Below the pieces are notes generated by a model that saw only the letters and a program-made list of their open reading frames with translations, did no database searches and was not told the DNA's origin. A stretch of DNA of 32,000 nt from Acaryochloris marina S15 (GTDB taxonomy: Bacteria; Cyanobacteriota; Cyanobacteriia; Thermosynechococcales; Thermosynechococcaceae). The DNA lies in assembly GCF_018336915.1 (NCBI RefSeq), contig NZ_CP064923.1:2130001-2162000 (forward strand), written 5' to 3'. Shown here one piece after another: positions 24,251 to 32,000 of the stretch. Made by a program: the position numbers and the translations under genes. Positions within the stretch are counted from its first letter, which is position 1. Every line of letters starts with the position of its first letter.

Positions 24251-25414
24251 GCTTTGTTCTAAAACATCGAGGATGGCCACCGCTGCCCGCTGGAGAACGC
24301 CTGGAGGACCAAGTTGCGATCGCAACTCCTGATACCCAGCCATCATCTTGTGCCTCGCCTCACCCTCTAGCAGTTCGCAAGCGAGTTGTGTAATTTTTCC
24401 CGGCGTCACTTCTTGTTGCAATAGTTCCGGCACAATCTCTCGACCCGCCACAAGATTAACCGGCGAAATAAACTCAACCTCAAAGTTGAGAAGATGCCGA
24501 TAGAGCCAGCCACTAATGGCTCCGACCCTGTAGAACACCACTTGAGGGACATTGAGCAGGGCGGCTTCCAGATTAGCAGTCCCCGATTTAGTAATCACCA
24601 CATCTGCAGCGGCGATGACCGTTTGAGAATCAGAAGAAATAGAAATGGGTAGCCCTGTCTGTTGAATGGCCTGCGTGACATCGGCACGATAGGCCGATAG
24701 GGCTAAAGGCATCCAAAACTGAATGTCTGGCACTTGATGGCAGATCTGTTGGGCAGCGTTGAGAATCACGGGCAGCAGATGATCCAGTTCTTGTTGGCGA
24801 GAGGCGGGCATCAGCGCCATCATGGGCTGGCTGGGATGAAGTCCCAACTGCTGACGCGCCTGTGCTCGTGGGGGAAATTGTTGCACATGATCCACCAGGG
24901 GATGACCCACCCAACTTATATCTGCCCCCATCCCTTGGTAATACGTGGCTTCCTGGGGGAAAATAGCCAGCATTTTGTCACTGAGAGCCACCACTTTCCG
25001 AGTTACCCCTAACCCTTGGGACCAGACCCATTCGGGGGGTGCAATATAGTAGACCACTGGTATTTGGAATTTTTGTTTGAGGCGTTTGCCTAAAGTCAGG
25101 TTGGGGCCAACGTAATCAATTAAAACCGTCAGATCGGGGGGGACCTGTTGGAACTGAGCCATTACCTGCTTTTGCAGCTTTAGGGTGGGCCAGACAAAGG
25201 GGATAGCATTGACCGGACCAATGGCTCCGATCTTGCTGGTGTCCCCTAGGAGTTGAGCGCCTGCTGCAGCCATCCTCGGACCCCCCAGAGCCAAGATTTC
25301 TAGGGAATATCCTCGGGACTGAGCTGCCATTACTAGAGCAGGAATCAGTAAACTGCCTTGCAGATCGCCAGAGACTTCTCCGGTACTAATAAAAATTCGG
25401 TAGGACCGTCCCAT
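24242..25414 (-). CDS. lpxB: lipid-A-disaccharide synthase
   Basis: Carries the N-terminal IFISTGEVSGDLQG motif, has the LpxB length (390 aa), and lies 6 nt downstream of lpxA. The 3' end overlaps the convergent 1195-aa gene by 9 nt. Confidence 0.9.
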   Translation of the reverse strand: MGRSYRIFISTGEVSGDLQGSLLIPALVMAAQSRGYSLEILALGGPRMAAAGAQLLGDTSKIGAIGPVNAIPFVWPTLKLQKQVMAQFQQVPPDLTVLIDYVGPNLTLGKRLKQKFQIPVVYYIAPPEWVWSQGLGVTRKVVALSDKMLAIFPQEATYYQGMGADISWVGHPLVDHVQQFPPRAQARQQLGLHPSQPMMALMPASRQQELDHLLPVILNAAQQICHQVPDIQFWMPLALSAYRADVTQAIQQTGLPISISSDSQTVIAAADVVITKSGTANLEAALLNVPQVVFYRVGAISGWLYRHLLNFEVEFISPVNLVAGREIVPELLQQEVTPGKITQLACELLEGEARHKMMAGYQELRSQLGPPGVLQRAAVAILDVLEQSSV

Positions 25415-25420
25415 CGTTAA

Positions 25421-26236
25421 TTAGGTAGAGGCCCAGTGTTGGCGACCAGGGGTCAAGCCACGTCTGTTCTGGGCTGCCCGCATAAACTGGCATAAATGTT
25501 GAACCAAAGGATGCTCAGATAAGTCCTCGACTTGAGCCAAGGCTTTGTCTAGGTGAAGATTAGACCGATACAGATACCGAAAGGCTTGCTTGAGGATGGG
25601 CCGCATCTCCCCTTGCAATAAGTCATAGACCCCATGACGCTGTAACCCCACTTGGTTTAAGGCCCGGACATGGGCCGGATTTCCCTCTACTAGCATCAAG
25701 GGGGGGACATCACGGATAATCCGACTCATGCCGCCAATCATCGCCAGCTGCCCGATATGAACAAACTGATGAATCCCTAGAACGCCACTAATGTTGGCTT
25801 GGGATTCCACCTGGACATGGCCACTCAGGGCGACAGAATTGGCAATTACCACCCGATCAGCAATGTGGCAGTTATGGCCGATATGGACATTTGCCATTAA
25901 TAAATTATCGCTGCCAATGGTGGTGAACTGCTGGTCTCCACTGGCTCGATGGATGGTGACATATTCCCGTATCTGGTTGCGATCGCAAATCTTGACACCG
26001 CTTTGTTCCCCTCGGAAATTGCGATCTTGAGGTTCCATGCCCATCACCACTCCCGGAAAAATATGATTATCGGCCCCAATTTCAGTCCAGCCTTCAATTA
26101 CAGCATGGTGCCCCACCTTTGTTCGGGGGCCGAGTTTTACCTGTTCACCAATGACTGCATAAGCACCAATTTGAACAGTTTTATGCAAAGCTGCATGGGG
26201 ATGAATCACAGCTGTGGGGTGAATCAAGTCGGCCAT
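25421..26236 (-). CDS. lpxA: acyl-ACP:UDP-N-acetylglucosamine O-acyltransferase
   Basis: IHPTAVIHPHAALHKTVQIGAYAVIGEQVKLG is followed by serial hexapeptide repeats and a helical C-terminal domain. Total length is 271 aa. Confidence 0.92.
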   Translation of the reverse strand: MADLIHPTAVIHPHAALHKTVQIGAYAVIGEQVKLGPRTKVGHHAVIEGWTEIGADNHIFPGVVMGMEPQDRNFRGEQSGVKICDRNQIREYVTIHRASGDQQFTTIGSDNLLMANVHIGHNCHIADRVVIANSVALSGHVQVESQANISGVLGIHQFVHIGQLAMIGGMSRIIRDVPPLMLVEGNPAHVRALNQVGLQRHGVYDLLQGEMRPILKQAFRYLYRSNLHLDKALAQVEDLSEHPLVQHLCQFMRAAQNRRGLTPGRQHWAST

Positions 26237-26319
26237 GAAGGGTCAGCGTTTTACAATGACTATCTGAGGGTAGCATTTTAGATAAACGGCCAAAACTCCT
26301 CGGCTTCCGATTGTATTGA

Positions 26320-27870
26320 GTGTGGAAATTAATGCGGAACAGTTTTTTTGACGATTCTTTAGACAAAGCCTCTATCAAACAACGCATCCGTGAACTCGAG
26401 AAAGCCACCGTTGGATTTTATAGTATTGGTCTTTATCCGGGCTCTCTGGCTTACAATGCCGTGATGCAAGCAGGGGGTACCCCTTTAATTTTGGCCCCTC
26501 GACCGGGGCGAGATCTGATGGGGGCCTTCTCCGAAGAAGCTAAAGGGGGAATGGACCCCGATCATGTCGTCAATTTGCACCGCATGGCTCGCCATAATGA
26601 GGGCCATGCTAGCGTTACCAACACCTTAGAGTACCTAATTGAGAACTGCGACTTGGTGGTTCTCAGTGCTAACAGTAATTACATCGAACAGGATTTAGAG
26701 GAAGCCTGCGCCCTGCGCCATAAATTGGGCCGTACCAATGTCGTTTTAGCTTGTTTGGCAGGTTCTTTTAGCCATGATAAGGCCAGCAATGCGGCCTATG
26801 TTCTCTGCGAAAAAAATCCTAATCTCGCCTTCTTCTCTGGATTTCACCGAGATGGAGCTTTAAGAGACCCTGTAGATAGCTTTACCGCTAATTTTTGCCA
26901 TCCTAATGCCCTAACAGCTTTGATCGGTGCCTTTATGCTGGATGGCATTTCCCTCAATATCCAAGTCTCCCCTGGCGTGCATAATGTCGAAGCTCAATAT
27001 ATTAAGGCGGCCAAAAACATGGCCTCGATCTTTGCTGGGTTTGGTTACGAGTTTCACTGGGAAAATACGGGTATTTTACCGACCCTGCTCACTCTCCTCT
27101 TAGATCAATGCTTAGATCAAGCGGCAACGGTCTCAATGTCTCGGCGTGATCGACAAAAACTGTACACTCACCAGCCCATTGATCTAACAGAACTGGGCTA
27201 CGGCGTGCCCATGATTGAAGCGACCCTCAATCAAGGGGGAGATAAGGAAAAGGTTCGCGATCATACCTTTTCCCAATTAACGGCCATGGTGGCAGATGTG
27301 CGGGGCAGCATGACCAGCCCCACCACAGGGAAACCGACCCGCAACTTCCGAGCTGGACAAGTTTTAGCAAAATCCATGAAAGAACATGGACGATGCCCAT
27401 TGAATATCGAAGAATTTGAACAGTGGTGTGAAGATGCAGGCCTCAATAAAGGGGGATTAGAGGGGGTAAAAGCTCTGCGCTATTGGCCCCAAATCACGAC
27501 TAAATATAAGATTCAAGTCCATGATGCTTCGATGATTAATCTCCTGCATATGGTCATTTGTGGGGATGGCAAAGAACAGGAATTTGCGTTCCAAGTCATG
27601 ACCAAAAGTCGAGAGCTGTCCAATTATTGCCAAGAATCGGTTCGGCCCCTCTATAGCCGTAAATATGCAGGTATTCTCAATCGTCTGGATAAACCTGAAT
27701 CCTTAGAGCAGCTTGCCAATGCCATCATTGCGGATAATGCCAGGAAAGCCCTGGAATTTGAAGAGCCTGATCTAGAAGAAATTACGACTCAAGCCGATGA
27801 TCCGGCCTATTTACAGGCCATGGATAGCATTGAACAAAACGTTGATACCGCTGAGGTTCAAGAGGATTAG
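26320..27870 (+). CDS. conserved-looking hypothetical protein, distantly GpsA-like (NAD-dependent glycerol-3-phosphate dehydrogenase fold) with a degenerate dinucleotide motif and an acidic C-terminal tail
   Basis: The start is either GTG 26320 or, more likely, ATG 26332. By eye it is colinear with recalled GpsA landmarks: IGLYPGSLA vs IGAGSYGTALA; [16 protein letters not shown] vs the VVP...VL segment; [18 protein letters not shown] vs VQLGGAVKNVIAIGAG; [12 protein letters not shown] vs SRNRRFGMMLGQ; GLEGV vs VEG. Its stop overlaps the fabZ stop (27867-27870). Confidence 0.55.
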   Translation: MWKLMRNSFFDDSLDKASIKQRIRELEKATVGFYSIGLYPGSLAYNAVMQAGGTPLILAPRPGRDLMGAFSEEAKGGMDPDHVVNLHRMARHNEGHASVTNTLEYLIENCDLVVLSANSNYIEQDLEEACALRHKLGRTNVVLACLAGSFSHDKASNAAYVLCEKNPNLAFFSGFHRDGALRDPVDSFTANFCHPNALTALIGAFMLDGISLNIQVSPGVHNVEAQYIKAAKNMASIFAGFGYEFHWENTGILPTLLTLLLDQCLDQAATVSMSRRDRQKLYTHQPIDLTELGYGVPMIEATLNQGGDKEKVRDHTFSQLTAMVADVRGSMTSPTTGKPTRNFRAGQVLAKSMKEHGRCPLNIEEFEQWCEDAGLNKGGLEGVKALRYWPQITTKYKIQVHDASMINLLHMVICGDGKEQEFAFQVMTKSRELSNYCQESVRPLYSRKYAGILNRLDKPESLEQLANAIIADNARKALEFEEPDLEEITTQADDPAYLQAMDSIEQNVDTAEVQED

Positions 27871-28346
27871 TCCACCATCGCAAACATCAACTCTCCCGAA
27901 CAGGCCAGTTTGCCATCCACTTCGGCCTTGGTGGACATCATGGCAAACCGTTTGCGCTTCAAAGACAGAAATTCAGCCGTGATCACTAGCTGGTCTCCAG
28001 GAACCACAGAGCGGCGGATTCGGACTTTATCGATACCCGTGAACACAAATAATTTGCCAGAGGGAACATCGGGAAGTTGAGCGAGGACAATGCCGCCTAC
28101 CTGAGCCATAGCTTCCACAATCAATACCCCTGGCATCAGGGGGCGACCGGGGAAATGGCCTTGAAAGAACTCTTCATTCATTGTCACGTTTTTGATGCCC
28201 ACCGCCCGCTCAGACTCTTTGTAGTCGATAATGCGGTCCACTAGCAGAAAGGGATAGCGATGGGGCAGCAGCTCTTGAATCTCCTCAATCATGAAGGTGG
28301 TTTTGGGATCGGTAGAGCCATCAGAGGGATTTGACATAATAAGCAA
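27867..28346 (-). CDS. fabZ: 3-hydroxyacyl-ACP dehydratase
   Basis: [39 protein letters not shown], and the hot-dog fold length (159 aa; the start may be the internal Met at 28337). Confidence 0.93.
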   Translation of the reverse strand: MLIMSNPSDGSTDPKTTFMIEEIQELLPHRYPFLLVDRIIDYKESERAVGIKNVTMNEEFFQGHFPGRPLMPGVLIVEAMAQVGGIVLAQLPDVPSGKLFVFTGIDKVRIRRSVVPGDQLVITAEFLSLKRKRFAMMSTKAEVDGKLACSGELMFAMVD

Positions 28347-28369
28347 TCACTATTCAACAAAAGATGCAG

Positions 28370-29260
28370 TTAGCCGAGTAAGGCTTGCTGAAGGCGTTTG
28401 GCAAAGCGAATGTGGAGCGAGTGACTGGCTTTATATGCAACGTAATGGGCGGGCGGTAAATACCCTAATAAACTTAAATCGCCCATTAAATCCAGCAGTT
28501 TGTGGCGAACCGGCTCGTTTGCAAATCGCAACGGCGGATTCAGCCATTCGTCCTGACGACAAACCAAAGCATTTTCTAGACTACCACCTTTGATGAACCC
28601 CATAGCTTGCAGGGATTCTACATCCTTTGCTCGGCCAAAGGTGCGGGCGGGGGCAATGTCAGAGATAAACTCTTTAGGGCTAAATCGGCACCACTGGCTG
28701 CCGATGGCGGGTTCAGGGAAATCGATGCCGTAGCTGAACGAAAGGTGGGGCTCTGGTAGAGCCATGACCAAGGCTTCTTCGCTTCCTTGTACCAAGACTG
28801 GATGGCGAAGTATGGGTATAGTGCGAGGCTCTGACTGCACCTGATATCCCACCTTCAGAACGGCATCAGTCCACATCTGGGCGGATCCATCTAGGATCGG
28901 CACTTCTGGCCCATCTAGTTCAATGCGGGCATTGTCAATACCCATCCCTGCTATGGCTGCCAGCAGATGTTCCACTGTTGAGATAGTGGTATCTGCCTGT
29001 CTTAAAAGGGTGCAGAACTGGGTTTGGTGAACGGATGAGAGATGGGCCGGAATGTCTGGCTTATCTTGGTGCCAAAAATATCGCCCTTGATCAGGAGGTG
29101 CTGGATGCACGGTGATGGTGGCAGCAACCCCCGTATGTAAGCCAATGCCTGTAAGGGTAAAGCTGTGGTTTAGGGTGTGCTGATGCGGAGATGCGATCGC
29201 ATCCTCAAAACACCTAAACCCTTCAGCCTTACTGACATTCACGCCCACACCCAGACCCAC
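28370..29260 (-). CDS. lpxC: UDP-3-O-acyl-N-acetylglucosamine deacetylase
   Basis: GIGLHTGVAATITVHPA, TVEHLLAAIAGMGIDNARIELDGPEVPILDGSA and HKLLDLMGDLSL. It begins 9 nt after the bamA stop. Confidence 0.9.
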   Translation of the reverse strand: MGLGVGVNVSKAEGFRCFEDAIASPHQHTLNHSFTLTGIGLHTGVAATITVHPAPPDQGRYFWHQDKPDIPAHLSSVHQTQFCTLLRQADTTISTVEHLLAAIAGMGIDNARIELDGPEVPILDGSAQMWTDAVLKVGYQVQSEPRTIPILRHPVLVQGSEEALVMALPEPHLSFSYGIDFPEPAIGSQWCRFSPKEFISDIAPARTFGRAKDVESLQAMGFIKGGSLENALVCRQDEWLNPPLRFANEPVRHKLLDLMGDLSLLGYLPPAHYVAYKASHSLHIRFAKRLQQALLG

Positions 29261-29269
29261 AAGGGAGCC

Positions 29270-31786
29270 TTAGAATCGCTGACCAAAACCAAAGTGGAAT
29301 TGATTGTCCCCATCATCGTTAATCCCGTAATCCAGACGCACTGGACCGATGGGAGTTTTGACGCGAACCCCAATCCCGTAGCCAAAGCCAACCCCTGGCT
29401 TACCGCGAACAATACCAGGGCGGCCAGGAACATTACTTTGAGTGCCCAGATTACTGCCCACATCAAAGAAGAGGACGGCTCCCACACCTCCCAAGAAATT
29501 AATCAAAGGAAAACGATATTCAGCCGTGGCCTGCATAAAGCTGCGACCACTGCCCAAATCTCCTTCACCGTAGCCCCGAACAGAGGAGCTGCCGCCTAAA
29601 GAGAACGCTTCATAGGGTGGTAGGTCGCCCAAAATGGTTCCCGCTTGGACATTAAAGGCCAAGGCTTGGGGACCTTCGGTAAAGTTCGTGAGTTTAAGGG
29701 GGACAAAATAGCTGAAACTACCTCGGAGTCGAGTCAACAGAATGCTGCCAGAGCCAATGGGAGCCGACTGTTCTAAACCAAATCGGAGGGCATATCCCTT
29801 GGTAGGGTCAGATGGATCATCCCGTAAATCACGGCCAATGCCGAGCTGTACCGTGAATAGATCGTCATTGCCTGTACCACTAAAACTTAAGGCATTACCC
29901 AATTCATCCACCGGAGAAATCGAGAAGTCACTGTCGCGAATTGAAATTCGCTGGTATCGAAAACCAACCGAGCCAGTCCAGGCTTGTCTGAGATTATCTA
30001 AATCGGTCGTGAAGGGTCGGTTGAATACACCACTAATTCCCAAGCGGTTCACCCTAGGGGTATCGCCATTGGGGAGATCTACTTCAATTGGACCTTCATC
30101 AAACACGAGGGGCAGGGTGAGTCGATTGAAAATGTTGATGCTGTAGGACGAATGGTGCTTATCTCCGGCAATCCAAGGATCCGTAAACCCGGCATCAAAT
30201 AAGAATTCCCGGGTGCCTGCCTGGGCCTGGACGCTTAGGGTTTGGTTATTGCCCCCTAAATTACTTTGAGTAAAGGAGCCGGTACCAAAGAAACCACTTC
30301 GAGAGCTAAAACCAGCACCAGCCGAGAAGCTGGCCGTGCTTCGTTCCTGTACATTTAGGTTCACCACTACTTTTCGTGGATCTTGACCCGGTTCAAGGGC
30401 CACTTTGACATCTTCAAAGAGTCCCAACCCAAATATTCGCTGCAGGTCGGTTTGTAGCTTGTTTCGATTCAAGGGCAAACCCGGTCCGGTGCGCATTTCT
30501 CGGGTAATGATAAATTTCCGAGTCTTGCCTTTTGTGGGTTCTCCATCTTCGTTGATGTAGCGAACGTCAATATCTTCAACGACTCCTTCAGCCACCTGGA
30601 GAGTGACGGTGCCATCGGGATCGACTTGGGGAACGCCAACGACTTGACCGAGGACGAAACCTTCATCTTGATAATATTTATTGACCCGGGTGACTCCTGC
30701 TTGGAGGTCCCGAAGGTTGAGGATTTTGCCGTATTGAGATTTGAAAATCTCATCCACTTTCTCTTGGGTGAGGACCTGATTGCCAGCCGCTTGCACCGAC
30801 TGCAGAGTGGGGTTGGGCTGGACAAAGAAGGTGACTCTGACTCCTAGAGGAGTATCACTGGGTTCCGCTTTGACGTTACTGAAAAAGCCGGTGCCAAAAA
30901 TGGCATTAATGTCGGATTGAATTTGCGATCGCGTCGTGGTTTGTCCCGGTCGCGTACTAATGGCTTCATAGGCATTAATCGCTAAATCACCATCTACCCC
31001 TTCAACCAAGACCTCTGAGACTAAAACCTCTGGTTCAGGGGCTGCTGGCGGTTCGGCGGTTTCGGTTGGGGGTTGAGGGGGGGTGCCTGGAGACTCTACA
31101 GAATTTTCTGGGGATTGAGTGGGAGCCTGGGTTTCACCAGGATTGCCACTGGGAATATCACCCCCAGGAACTGGAAGTCCAGGAGCTGGGGCTACTGGGG
31201 ATGACTCTGTAGGGGTGACATCATCAGCAGACGGTGTTTCTGTCGGCACATCTCCAGGTGCGCCTGTATCTGGGGCAGCTTCATCTGTTGCAGGCACATC
31301 TCCAGGTGCGCCTGTATCTGGAGCAGCTTCATCCGTTGCAGGCAACTCTCCGGGGACTGCAGGAGTGGCTTCTTCAGCTGCAGGGGCGTCTCCTGGTCCT
31401 ACAGGAGCGATGTCTTCGACTGTGGGGGGCTCTCCAGGGGCACCGGTATTTGGAGTAGCCTCATCTGGGGCAGACTCTACTTGTTCTTCCGGTGTAGAAG
31501 GTGCCTCAATCGCTGGGGTGGCAGGCTGATCCGGCAGGGTAAAAACCGGGGCAGTTTGGCTGGGAGTCGCATCTGTTGGCAGTTGCCCGATGGGTTGCGG
31601 TGGGGCAAAAGGTGAAGAGAGCCTGAGCTGTTCTTGGAGGCTATTGCTTTCGGAAGAGGACTGGTCTTTGGCTTGCGCTGGCGCAACCCCCAGTAGGACC
31701 GCCGTGATCACGGTTGCACCGAGAATCGGTGGAAGACTGAGAATCTTGATCGATGGAGATTGAGTCACTTCACACACCACATGCAA
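29270..31786 (-). CDS. bamA: Omp85/BamA outer-membrane protein assembly factor with an N-terminal Pro-rich domain
   Basis: Signal peptide (ILGATVITAVLLGVAPAQA-KD), a Pro/Ala/Thr/Glu-rich region of about 200 aa, POTRA-like repeats, and a C-terminal beta-barrel ending ...NQFHFGFGQRF with a terminal Phe. Confidence 0.9.
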   Translation of the reverse strand: MHVVCEVTQSPSIKILSLPPILGATVITAVLLGVAPAQAKDQSSSESNSLQEQLRLSSPFAPPQPIGQLPTDATPSQTAPVFTLPDQPATPAIEAPSTPEEQVESAPDEATPNTGAPGEPPTVEDIAPVGPGDAPAAEEATPAVPGELPATDEAAPDTGAPGDVPATDEAAPDTGAPGDVPTETPSADDVTPTESSPVAPAPGLPVPGGDIPSGNPGETQAPTQSPENSVESPGTPPQPPTETAEPPAAPEPEVLVSEVLVEGVDGDLAINAYEAISTRPGQTTTRSQIQSDINAIFGTGFFSNVKAEPSDTPLGVRVTFFVQPNPTLQSVQAAGNQVLTQEKVDEIFKSQYGKILNLRDLQAGVTRVNKYYQDEGFVLGQVVGVPQVDPDGTVTLQVAEGVVEDIDVRYINEDGEPTKGKTRKFIITREMRTGPGLPLNRNKLQTDLQRIFGLGLFEDVKVALEPGQDPRKVVVNLNVQERSTASFSAGAGFSSRSGFFGTGSFTQSNLGGNNQTLSVQAQAGTREFLFDAGFTDPWIAGDKHHSSYSINIFNRLTLPLVFDEGPIEVDLPNGDTPRVNRLGISGVFNRPFTTDLDNLRQAWTGSVGFRYQRISIRDSDFSISPVDELGNALSFSGTGNDDLFTVQLGIGRDLRDDPSDPTKGYALRFGLEQSAPIGSGSILLTRLRGSFSYFVPLKLTNFTEGPQALAFNVQAGTILGDLPPYEAFSLGGSSSVRGYGEGDLGSGRSFMQATAEYRFPLINFLGGVGAVLFFDVGSNLGTQSNVPGRPGIVRGKPGVGFGYGIGVRVKTPIGPVRLDYGINDDGDNQFHFGFGQRF
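31246..31389. repeat. 48-bp tandem repeat (2 near-identical units plus 1 degenerate unit) inside the bamA Pro-rich region
   Basis: Units 31246-31293 and 31294-31341 differ at 2 of 48 positions. A diverged third unit follows from 31342. The repeats encode ATDEAAPDTGAPGDVP twice. Confidence 0.85.
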
Positions 31787-31853
31787 CTGAACAACAATGA
31801 ACGCTGGGAATCCTTAAAAAAATCCAAAACAGGAAGTATTCTATCGCACCATG

Positions 31854-32000
31854 CTAGGGAACGTATATGTCCTGAGCTAGAACCCGCTCCATGACCCGAG
31901 CATAGGCTGTGTCCACTTCTCCTAAATCCCGTCGGAAGCGATCTTTATCCATGACCCGTCGATTGGGGTCCGACTCAGCATCGTCCCAGAGTCGACAGGT
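31854..32000 (-). CDS. purC: phosphoribosylaminoimidazole-succinocarboxamide (SAICAR) synthase, C-terminal 48 codons; the gene continues beyond the right edge
   Basis: The minus frame is open from 32000 to the stop at 31856-31854 and reads ...[50 protein letters not shown]...AY is the conserved PurC C-terminal motif. The ORF is partial, so it is not in the supplied track. Confidence 0.7.
   Translation of the reverse strand, partial: TCRLWDDAESDPNRRVMDKDRFRRDLGEVDTAYARVMERVLAQDIYVP

Noticed and set aside
31119-31529. A 136-aa plus-strand ORF rich in Gly/Ser/Ala/Pro, and its neighbour at 31234-31458.
   Set aside because: It is the antisense shadow of the bamA Pro-rich repeat region. The low-complexity GC-rich repeats keep the opposite strand open, and there is no independent support.
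1-32000. A search for CRISPR arrays, rRNA and other long non-coding repeats.
   Set aside because: I saw no regularly spaced direct repeats of 25-40 bp and no rRNA-like conserved blocks. The only tandem repeat is the 48-bp coding repeat in bamA.

Overview
This 32 kb window looks like cyanobacterial chromosome. I counted 12 copies of the HIP1 palindrome GCGATCGC, and the right end carries a purC / Omp85(BamA) / lpxC / fabZ / lpxA / lpxB envelope cluster on the minus strand. Most of the window is signal transduction. The strongest candidate for something new is a minus-strand cassette at 6846-13808. It holds a histidine kinase whose membrane domain closely resembles the plant ETR1 ethylene/copper-binding domain, then a REC-PAS-GGDEF-EAL regulator, then a 4xCBS-4xPAS kinase with an almost identical kinase core. 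Other notable items: a sensor-less STAND NTPase with an N-terminal HTH followed by a zinc-ribbon Ser/Thr kinase, preceded by five copies of a CTCACAT motif; a 1195-aa GAF-PAS-PAS-GGDEF-(dead EAL)-FHA-(atypical REC) protein; an MFS / GT4 / Maa acetyltransferase cluster; an IS630-family element cleanly inserted into a GNAT gene with a TA duplication; a decayed GT4 glycosyltransferase; and a 516-aa GpsA-like gene on the opposite strand between fabZ and lpxA. I found no rRNA, tRNA or CRISPR array. All family calls come from motif reading by eye and recalled family consensus, not from database searches.
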